A stretch of DNA of 15,428 bases from an uncultured Pseudomonadota bacterium (GTDB lineage: Bacteria > SAR324 > NAC60-12): positions 1 through 15,428 of the forward strand of contig CAJWCD010000089.1 of the NCBI GenBank assembly GCA_913020725.1, given 5' to 3'. Below are positions 1 through 6,721 of the stretch, one piece after another. How positions within the stretch are numbered: the first letter of the stretch is position 1; each line of letters opens with the position of its first letter. Made by a program: the position numbers and the translations under genes. The notes beneath the pieces were generated by a model. It saw only the letters and a program-made list of their open reading frames with translations, had not been told where the DNA came from and did not search any database.

Positions 1-80
1 TGTTGGTCGTGCCTACCCAGGGTAGCACAGGTGGTTCTATTACCGATAGGGTCTATTGGATGTGCTCCCGGCTGGCTGGA

Positions 81-488
81 TCAGTCGAACAGGCAACCCG
101 CTAAAGCAATGCCCAACATCAGGTTGGCAAGGTAAATGCGCAGACATCCGGCACAGACGATCCGTAGTTTGAAGAAAAGGATAAAGGCATAGTAGCACGT
201 CACTCCCAATCCGACAACGATAGCCCCGCCTAACCAGACCCTTGGCAAGGCTCCCTGAGCGACTTGAATCAGAGCCAGCATCACAAGGGCATAGAACACT
301 ACCGCACTATAAGCAACTGGGATGCCTGCAATGTGAGCATACGGAGAGCGCACCACGCGGTCGCACTTGGCCATCCTCGGAACGTCTTGGGCCAGACGGT
401 GTCTCAAGGCAAGGCTGAGCGATCCTTGCAGTCCAAAGACGCACGATCCTCCCATTGCCAACAGCCACATCCACGAGGTACAGGGCAT
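81..488 (-). CDS. Vitamin K epoxide reductase (VKOR) family membrane protein
   Basis: Four hydrophobic segments. Motif C-DRVVR-S-PYAHIAGIPVA matches the VKOR 'C-x2-V-x2-S-x-Y-x4-GIP' loop, and there is a C-terminal CxxC (VCAGC, nt 144-155). Start uncertain (ATG at 488, 470 or 455). Confidence 0.85.
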   Translation of the reverse strand: MPCTSWMWLLAMGGSCVFGLQGSLSLALRHRLAQDVPRMAKCDRVVRSPYAHIAGIPVAYSAVVFYALVMLALIQVAQGALPRVWLGGAIVVGLGVTCYYAFILFFKLRIVCAGCLRIYLANLMLGIALAGCLFD

Positions 489-596
489 CTTCTTCAGGAA
501 TTGTTGAGGAAAATGTTGTATGTTTGTTCAAACAACGATATACCCATTGTACTCTCAAGGATGAGAATCGCAATTCGCAGGGACGAGCGAACTATC

Positions 597-1547
597 ATGA
601 ACATCTCAGAAGCCGGGCGATCGGTCGAAATCAAAGGCTTCGGCGGAGCCTTGGGCTTAGTGCTTGATAAAGCCGCTCCGTTTGAGGTCATCGAGTCCGA
701 CCTCCGGCAACTTCTGCAAGACACCTCTTCCCGCCACTTCTTTCAAGGCTCAAAGATCGTGTTGGGGCCGGACACCCGGACGCTCAGCGCGGAAGAGTTC
801 TCCAAACTGAACAGGATTCTTCAGGAAGGAGAACTGGAGCTCAAACCTTTGGAAACCAACCGCAACGCCGCCCGTCTCCGCAAGCTGCGCGCCACCGAAC
901 CTCGCGAATCCCAAGCCGACACTCCAATGCCAGAGGTGGAGACCAAGCCAATTCTGGAGGCAGTCAAATCAGAGGTGGTGCCGGAATTAGCCCCAGCGTC
1001 TCCTCAGCTTGCACTGCCCACCTTGGAGACTGTGGTGCCCCCAGTGGAGGAACCCGCTCCCATCAATCAGGAAAAACTGGAGTTGCATCCTGGCTTAAAC
1101 ACGGACTCCGGATTAATCGTTCGGCAGACGTTGCGTTCAGGGCAAACCATCAAGAGCAAGCACAGCGTCATCGTCTTTGGCGATTTGAATGCAGGAGCTG
1201 AAATCGAATCCGAGGGCGACATCATTGTGCTTGGCACAATCCGGGGCTTGGTTCATGCTGGAATTTCGGGAAATACGGCGGTGACGATCCTTGGATTGCG
1301 CATGCAGCCCACACAAATTCGGATTGGCCCCTACATCTCCCAGCCACCTGCGGAAAAATCGGGCAGCATCGTCACGGGGCCGGAGCGGGCGTTTGTGGAA
1401 AATGACCAGATTGTCATCGAATCCCAAGCGTGCGAGCCTGCGGAGTTGATTGCGATGCTCCTGACCTCCCAGCGCCGTGGAGCGCGGGGTAAGGTCGCGT
1501 CCCGTGGTAGCGTGCCTGCAATTACTGTCGGAGCGATTCGACTGTGA
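597..1547 (+). CDS. minC: Septum site-determining protein MinC
   Basis: N-terminal 'VEIKG...GLVLD...FFQG' MinC domain. C-terminal beta-helix signature 'TLRSGQ...VIVFGDLNAGAEIESEGDIIVLGTIRGLVHAG...QIRIG...PERA'. Lies directly upstream of minD. Start placed at ATG 597 (alternative 561); the ORF-track extension to 264 overlaps the VKOR gene. Confidence 0.95.
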   Translation: MNISEAGRSVEIKGFGGALGLVLDKAAPFEVIESDLRQLLQDTSSRHFFQGSKIVLGPDTRTLSAEEFSKLNRILQEGELELKPLETNRNAARLRKLRATEPRESQADTPMPEVETKPILEAVKSEVVPELAPASPQLALPTLETVVPPVEEPAPINQEKLELHPGLNTDSGLIVRQTLRSGQTIKSKHSVIVFGDLNAGAEIESEGDIIVLGTIRGLVHAGISGNTAVTILGLRMQPTQIRIGPYISQPPAEKSGSIVTGPERAFVENDQIVIESQACEPAELIAMLLTSQRRGARGKVASRGSVPAITVGAIRL

Positions 1548-1596
1548 ATTCCCGACCTCTCCAAAGCGCATTACCCGTGTCCCCGACCAAATCAGC

Positions 1597-2376
1597 ATGA
1601 GTCAGTCGATCGTCATTACGTCTGGAAAGGGTGGGGTTGGTAAAACCACCACCACTGCCAACCTCAGCACCGCCCTTGCGAACGCCGGCAGCTCAGTGGT
1701 CGCTGTGGATGCGGATATTGGCCTCCGGAACCTCGACCTCCTCATGGGGTTGGAGAACCGTATCGTCTTTAACCTCGTTGATGTGGTCAAAGGACGTTGC
1801 ACGGCGCGGCAGGCGATGATCAGGGACAAGCGCAGTCCTAATTTGTTTCTGCTCCCAACCTCGCAGGTTGACGACAAGAACGCAGTTTCTCCAGAGGAGA
1901 TGGAGAGACTGGTTGAGGAGTTGCGCAAAGGTTTTGACTACATCATTATCGACTGTCCTGCCGGAATCGAGCAGGGCTTCCGTAACGCAATTGCCGGAGC
2001 GGACCGTGCGGTGGTTGTGACCACCCCGGAAGTCTCGGCGGTGCGCGATGCGGATCGTATCATTGGCATGCTTCAGCACCACGACGTGCCCTCGCAACTC
2101 ATCGTCAACCGGCTCTCTATGAAAATGGTCGAGTCCGGTGAGATGATGAGCCAGGAGGACGTGGTGGACATTCTGGCTATTGACTTGTTAGGTGTGATCC
2201 CTGAAGATTCCGAAGTGGTCGTGAGCGGAAACCAAGGAGTGCCGGTTGTCCTCGACACAAATTCTGAGGCTGGGGCCGCCTACTCTCGAATCTGCCGGCG
2301 GATTCTTGGCGAACCCGTCCCCTTCCCTGATTTCGCAGAGAAGCGCGGCTTCCTTACCCGACTCTTCAGGAGGTGA
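1597..2376 (+). CDS. minD: Septum site-determining ATPase MinD
   Basis: Deviant Walker A 'SGKGGVGKTT', 'DADIGLRNLD', 'IDCPAGIEQGF', 'TTPEVSAVRDADR', and a C-terminal amphipathic membrane-targeting helix 'KRGFLTRLFRR'. Start at ATG 1597. Confidence 0.98.
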   Translation: MSQSIVITSGKGGVGKTTTTANLSTALANAGSSVVAVDADIGLRNLDLLMGLENRIVFNLVDVVKGRCTARQAMIRDKRSPNLFLLPTSQVDDKNAVSPEEMERLVEELRKGFDYIIIDCPAGIEQGFRNAIAGADRAVVVTTPEVSAVRDADRIIGMLQHHDVPSQLIVNRLSMKMVESGEMMSQEDVVDILAIDLLGVIPEDSEVVVSGNQGVPVVLDTNSEAGAAYSRICRRILGEPVPFPDFAEKRGFLTRLFRR

Positions 2377-2378
2377 GC

Positions 2379-2633
2379 ATGTTCAGCATCCGACGACTAC
2401 TCCTAGGCCAGCGCGACAGTGCCAGCGTGGCCAAGAACCGGCTGCAACTGGTGCTGTCCAAGGACCGCATCCAGATTTCCGATGTCGAGCTCAAGTCGAT
2501 GAAGGAAGAATTGTACCGCGTCATCTCCCATTATTTTACCGTCACTCCGGACAATCTTGAAATCGAGGTGCTCACCCGTGATGGCCGTGCGGCCCTCAGT
2601 GTGAACACCCCGGTCGAGTTTCCCGCCCGCTGA
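2379..2633 (+). CDS. minE: Cell division topological specificity factor MinE
   Basis: 'SASVAKNRLQLVLSKDR' MinE signature, 84 aa, immediately after minD. SD AGGAGG at 2368-2373 favours ATG 2379. Confidence 0.95.
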   Translation: MFSIRRLLLGQRDSASVAKNRLQLVLSKDRIQISDVELKSMKEELYRVISHYFTVTPDNLEIEVLTRDGRAALSVNTPVEFPAR

Positions 2634-2650
2634 TTTTTTTCAAACTTCGT

Positions 2651-2677
2651 TAAAGTTTTTCGCTCACCTGCCGATAG
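2651..2677 (+). promoter_or_regulatory. Sigma-28 (FliA/SigD) promoter of the flagellin gene
   Basis: TAAAGTTT (2651-2658), 11-nt spacer, GCCGATAG (2670-2677), compared with consensus TAAAGTTT-N11-GCCGATAA. Located upstream of a flagellin. Confidence 0.9.
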
Positions 2678-2688
2678 GAAGCGCAAGA

Positions 2689-2837
2689 CCCTTCTCTCCG
2701 GGCGTTCCGGGAGGGGGGAATCCGTAGTTCTGCGTCCGGCGGGCAGTGCCCTCCGGTGTAGCAGAGGGTCTGTGTGGGGATATGCAGACCTCTGCCCCGT
2801 TTTCCGGGTGTTCCGGAAACGGTGGCCATGGATTGGC
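2689..2837 (+). promoter_or_regulatory. Highly structured flagellin 5' leader (series of hairpins)
   Basis: Inverted repeats read by hand at 2689-2718, 2723-2734 (weak), 2736-2756, 2761-2795, 2797-2822 and 2825-2837. Confidence 0.65.
2825..2837 (+). promoter_or_regulatory. Putative CsrA/RsmA binding hairpin
   Basis: GCCA-TGGAT-TGGC places GGA in the loop of a short stem ~20 nt before the start codon. A second GGA lies in the SD (CTGGAG, 2845-2850). This two-site layout is known for CsrA-regulated flagellin leaders such as Bacillus hag. Confidence 0.65.
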
Positions 2838-2856
2838 AACGCAACTGGAGTCTATC

Positions 2857-4470
2857 ATGGCAATGAGAATTAAACAGAATCCCACTGCCCTGACCACGCT
2901 AAGGCATTCCAACAATGCCATGGAGCGTGTGAAGGCTGGCGTCGAGCAGCTTAGCTCGGGGATGAAGATCAACAAGGGGGCCGATGGGCCAGCTTCCCTG
3001 ATCGCCTCGGAACGGCTCCGGGGTCGGATCGTGGGGTTGCAGCAGGCTTACAACAACGCCTCTGCCTCGGTCACGCTCATGCAGACCGCCGAGGGTGCGC
3101 TCAATGAAGTGAGCGAAGTCCTCATTCGGCTCAAGCAGCTTTCGGTTCACGCCGCCAACGAGGCGGTCAATGATCCCGAAATGCTGAACGCCGATCAAAT
3201 GGAGATCGAGTACCTGCTTGATACCTTGGACCGCATCGCCAAGAACACGCAGTTCAACAGCAAGACCCTGCTCGATGGTAGCCTTGGGGCAAACGGCATC
3301 ACGGTTGGAAACAACTTGCGGTTCGTTTCGGCTCGGGAAGACACTCCGTATTCGCCCATTGACGGTTGGCCCGTGGACATCCATCAGGTGGCTACCCGGG
3401 CTGGATTGAAAGGACTGATTCCCATCGATGTGAACAACATCCGGGAGGGGCTTCACATCGTGATCAGTGAAGGCGGCAAGAACGCCGAGATTCACACGGA
3501 CAAAGGGCAGATGGGAAAAGAGCTTCAGAAAATCTTTGATAATCACGACCTTGACTCGAAGCGCTTTGACTATGCAACCACCTCCCAGACCATCCGGGAG
3601 ATTGTCGCCTACAATCTTGCCCAAGGGATTGAGGAGAACGGCCTCAACGTCCATTCCTTTCTGACACCGGACAGCAGGATCATCATCAAGCACAACGAGT
3701 ACGGAGACCACACCAACTTCTCAGCAACAAGTTCGGTGGCAGGAATTATCAGCGACGATGCGAATATCGCCAAGCTGGCGGCTAAGGGGCGGGATGTCGA
3801 AGGAATCATCAACGGCGAGGTTGCCCAAGGTGAAGGGCAGTTCCTCACTGCACTCGATGGCTCCTCGGCTCGGGGGGTGTCCGTGCAGTACATGCGCGAG
3901 ATCGGCCTGAAGGAGGTCCCGGTCATTGACGAGCGCGGCATCGAGATCGGCAAAGAGTTCGTCGAGGAGTCAAACGACGAGATCGTGGGAACTCCGGACA
4001 GTGGCCAGAGCGAGGGCTATGTCCACGTCTCACAACGCTCTCAAACCTTCCAGATTGGTCCGGACGGTCATCTCGACCCCCTATTCTCGTTCATGAATGT
4101 TAAGGCCAAGGAGCTTGGGCGTGGCTCCGAGAATAAAAGCGGTTTCGACAGCTTGGCAGACATTGATGTCACCGCCCTTCAGGGCGCCTATGATGCCTCG
4201 ATGGTGGTTGATAATGTCATCGACCAAGTCTCGGGATTCCGGGGGCGGCTTGGAGCATTCCAACGCAACGCGATTGAGAACAATCTGGAAAGCCTCAAGA
4301 TTGCCGAGGAGAACATCACGCAAGCGGAGTCCACGATTCGGGACACGGACATGGCCGAAGCGATGTCGCAACTCACCAGCGACCAGATCATGCTTCAAGC
4401 CAGTGTCGCGATGATTGGCCAAGCCAATCAGGTTCCGAAGACCGTGCTCAACCTCATTGAGTCTGGTTAA
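2857..4470 (+). CDS. fliC: Flagellin (537 aa, large central variable domain)
   Basis: N-terminal 'LSSGMKIN..AD.PA.L...ERLR', 'QTAEGALNEV', 'TQFNSKTLLDGS'. C-terminal 'RGRLGAFQ...ENITQAESTIRDTDMA...AMIGQANQVP..VLNL'. SD GGAG precedes ATG 2857 and a sigma-28 promoter lies upstream. Confidence 0.95.
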   Translation: MAMRIKQNPTALTTLRHSNNAMERVKAGVEQLSSGMKINKGADGPASLIASERLRGRIVGLQQAYNNASASVTLMQTAEGALNEVSEVLIRLKQLSVHAANEAVNDPEMLNADQMEIEYLLDTLDRIAKNTQFNSKTLLDGSLGANGITVGNNLRFVSAREDTPYSPIDGWPVDIHQVATRAGLKGLIPIDVNNIREGLHIVISEGGKNAEIHTDKGQMGKELQKIFDNHDLDSKRFDYATTSQTIREIVAYNLAQGIEENGLNVHSFLTPDSRIIIKHNEYGDHTNFSATSSVAGIISDDANIAKLAAKGRDVEGIINGEVAQGEGQFLTALDGSSARGVSVQYMREIGLKEVPVIDERGIEIGKEFVEESNDEIVGTPDSGQSEGYVHVSQRSQTFQIGPDGHLDPLFSFMNVKAKELGRGSENKSGFDSLADIDVTALQGAYDASMVVDNVIDQVSGFRGRLGAFQRNAIENNLESLKIAEENITQAESTIRDTDMAEAMSQLTSDQIMLQASVAMIGQANQVPKTVLNLIESG

Positions 4471-4496
4471 TCCACTCGGATCATCTCATTGCCTGC

Positions 4497-4519
4497 GGCG
4501 GGACGCCCCACGTCCCGCC
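4497..4519 (+). terminator. GC-rich stem-loop downstream of flagellin (possible terminator or mRNA-stabilising hairpin)
   Basis: Perfect 9-bp stem GGCGGGACG / CGTCCCGCC with loop CCCCA, 27 nt after the stop. Followed by a pyrimidine-rich stretch but no classical U-tract. Confidence 0.45.
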
Positions 4520-4615
4520 TGCGCCCTCTTGCTGTCCTCTGTCTCTCCGAAAAAGCTTGTCTGACTCTTGAATCCTTGGGCATCATTTCTCTTTGCCTAC
4601 TGCACAAGGAGTCTC

Positions 4616-4963
4616 ATGAGTTTGATCACCACCCACATTCTTGACACCTCCCAAGGTCGCCCTGCCCAAGGTGTTGTTGTGACCCTTAGTCGCCAGAAGA
4701 CCGACAGACAGCATTGGGAAACCCTCGCTTCTGGGACCACCAATGCAGACGGACGCATTGCTGATTTGCTCCCGGACAGCACGACGTTGGAGGCAGGAAT
4801 CTTTCGCCTGCGCTTTGCGGTGGGAGAGTATTTCGCGCAGCTGGGGGTGGAGTCATTTTATCCGAAAGTGGACATTTGTTTCCAAGTTCAAAATCCGGAA
4901 CAACATTATCATGTTCCTCTGCTGCTCAATCCCTTCGGCTACACCACCTACCGAGGCAGTTAA
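4616..4963 (+). CDS. uraH: 5-hydroxyisourate hydrolase (transthyretin-like)
   Basis: 'ITTHILDTSQGRPA', 'TNADGR', 'HYHVPLLLNPFGYTTYRGS' with the diagnostic C-terminal YRGS. SD AAGGAG precedes ATG 4616. No signal peptide. Confidence 0.97.
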   Translation: MSLITTHILDTSQGRPAQGVVVTLSRQKTDRQHWETLASGTTNADGRIADLLPDSTTLEAGIFRLRFAVGEYFAQLGVESFYPKVDICFQVQNPEQHYHVPLLLNPFGYTTYRGS

Positions 4964-4968
4964 GCTCC

Positions 4969-6582
4969 ATGTCCGCCGCTTCCGTCCAATCCGTCCTTGA
5001 ACTCCGGGAGATCACCAAGCGCTTTCCCGGAGTGCTTGCCAACGATCACATCAACCTCGACCTGCGCGAGGGTGAGATTCACACGATCCTCGGCGAGAAT
5101 GGCGCGGGCAAGTCCACCCTCATGAGCATCATTGCCGGACTTTACACTCCGGACGAGGGCGAAATTCGCATGCGGGGGCAGGTGGTGCAGTTCAGCACAC
5201 CCCGCGAGGCGATCAGTCAGGGCATCGGCATGGTCTTTCAGCATTTCATGCTGATCCGCAATCACACGGTGGCAGAGAACATCATCCTCGGCCTGCCGGG
5301 TGCGGCGGTGCTGGACTTCGGAAAAATCCATCAGGAGGTTCAGGAACTCAGCGACCGTTACGACCTCCACGTTGATCCGGAACGCAAGGTTCACGAACTG
5401 TCCGTCGGCGAACAGCAGCGCGTCGAAATTGTCAAGGTGTTGTACCGAGGTGCTCGGTTGCTGATTCTTGATGAACCAACCGCCGTTCTCACTCCACAGG
5501 AATCCGAGGCGCTTTACCGCATCATGCGCAACCTCACGGAGCAGGGGCATTCGATCCTCTTCATTTCGCACAAGATGAAGGAGGTGATGGCGCTCTCTGA
5601 CCGCATCACCGTCCTCAACCAAGGGTGTGTGATGGCCACCCTGCAACGCGAGGACACCTCTCCGGAACAACTCGCGGCCTTCATGCTGGGTCACACCACG
5701 GACCCCGCCACTGGCACCGAACTGCTCCGTACTGAAGTCGTGGACGAGGAAAGGGTTGCCCCTCTGACTCCAGAATCCGAGGCCGTTCATCCCACCGTCA
5801 TCGAGTTGCGGGACATTCACGCTGTCAACGATCTTGGGCATCCCGCGCTCAAGGGCATCTCGCTGGAGTTGCGCGAAAACGAAATCCTCGGCATGGCGGG
5901 GGTTTCCGGAAACGGACAGCGGGAACTTGCGGAGGTTCTTGTGGGTTTACGACACCACTCCTCCGGAACCTACACTTTCGAGCAGACTGTGCTGCAGCGG
6001 CTCACCGTTGAGCAGATGATCAACCGAGGGGTGGGTTACATTCCGGAGGATCGCAAGAAGTTCGGAGTGGCTGCGGGGCTGACGATTGCCCAAAATTTTC
6101 TGCTGAGGAATTTCGGAAACTCCAATTTCTTCTGGAAACGCTTCCTCATCAATCGCGGTGCCTTGCAGCGTTACGGACGCGAGAAGATGGCGGCGTTCGA
6201 TGTCCGTGCCCCTTCCGAGCAAACCCGCGTCGGCTTGCTTTCTGGAGGCAACATGCAGAAGGTCATCCTCGCCCGCGAAACCTCGCGCGCTCGGCGCGTG
6301 CTGCTCGCCTGCCAGCCCACACGTGGGCTTGACATCCATGCAACCCAGTTCATCCGCGACGAAATCAGCAGGGCGCGAGATCGGGGGTTGGCGGTGCTGT
6401 GGATTTCCGAGGATTTGGATGAACTGCTGCTGATGGCGGACCGCATTGCCGTGATTTTCGATGGACACATTGTTGGCACCCTCTCGCGACAGCAAGCCAC
6501 AGTGGAGGCGATTGGGCGCATGATGACCGGAATGACTCCGGAAATCCCTCCGGCTTCGCCTTACCCCCAAAGGAGGAATTGA
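4969..6582 (+). CDS. ABC transporter ATP-binding protein, tandem-domain sugar/nucleoside (CUT2, NupO/YufO-like) type
   Basis: Walker A GENGAGKST, LSVGEQQ, LILDEPT. Second, degenerate domain with GVSGNGQ, IPEDR, LSGGNMQK, QPTRGLD, ISEDLDE. Start ATG 4969, 5 nt after the uraH stop. Confidence 0.93.
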   Translation: MSAASVQSVLELREITKRFPGVLANDHINLDLREGEIHTILGENGAGKSTLMSIIAGLYTPDEGEIRMRGQVVQFSTPREAISQGIGMVFQHFMLIRNHTVAENIILGLPGAAVLDFGKIHQEVQELSDRYDLHVDPERKVHELSVGEQQRVEIVKVLYRGARLLILDEPTAVLTPQESEALYRIMRNLTEQGHSILFISHKMKEVMALSDRITVLNQGCVMATLQREDTSPEQLAAFMLGHTTDPATGTELLRTEVVDEERVAPLTPESEAVHPTVIELRDIHAVNDLGHPALKGISLELRENEILGMAGVSGNGQRELAEVLVGLRHHSSGTYTFEQTVLQRLTVEQMINRGVGYIPEDRKKFGVAAGLTIAQNFLLRNFGNSNFFWKRFLINRGALQRYGREKMAAFDVRAPSEQTRVGLLSGGNMQKVILARETSRARRVLLACQPTRGLDIHATQFIRDEISRARDRGLAVLWISEDLDELLLMADRIAVIFDGHIVGTLSRQQATVEAIGRMMTGMTPEIPPASPYPQRRN

Positions 6583-6721
6583 GGAGGATTTCTTTCCTTG
6601 CAATCCAAGTGCGTTTGCATTGTGATAAAGCGTCTGAATTCTGTCCGGAGCTAGGGATTCCGGGGTGACGAATGGACGCACCCCGTCCTTCCCAACCCAC
6701 TTCAAACCGGCAGCAACCGCC

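Noticed and set aside
9..28. Hairpin GTGC(C)TACC-CAG-GGTAGCAC downstream of the VKOR gene
   Set aside because: Short and bulged, with no U-tract and at the window edge; function cannot be supported.
264..596. N-terminal extension of the minC ORF, and similar upstream extensions of minD, fliC, uraH and the ABC ATPase
   Set aside because: The extensions overlap neighbouring genes or leaders. Family homology begins at the downstream ATGs used here.
2675..2760. Possible c-di-GMP riboswitch before flagellin (GCGCAAGACC resembles GACGCAAAGCC)
   Set aside because: No GGCAAA/GAAA-tetraloop P2 stem or receptor arrangement, and the 5' part would overlap the promoter.
6583..6721. Moco or purine riboswitch, or CRP site (TGTGA at 6621), before xdhA
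   Set aside because: The conserved riboswitch cores are not recognisable, and the CRP right half-site (GTCTG vs TCACA) is poor.
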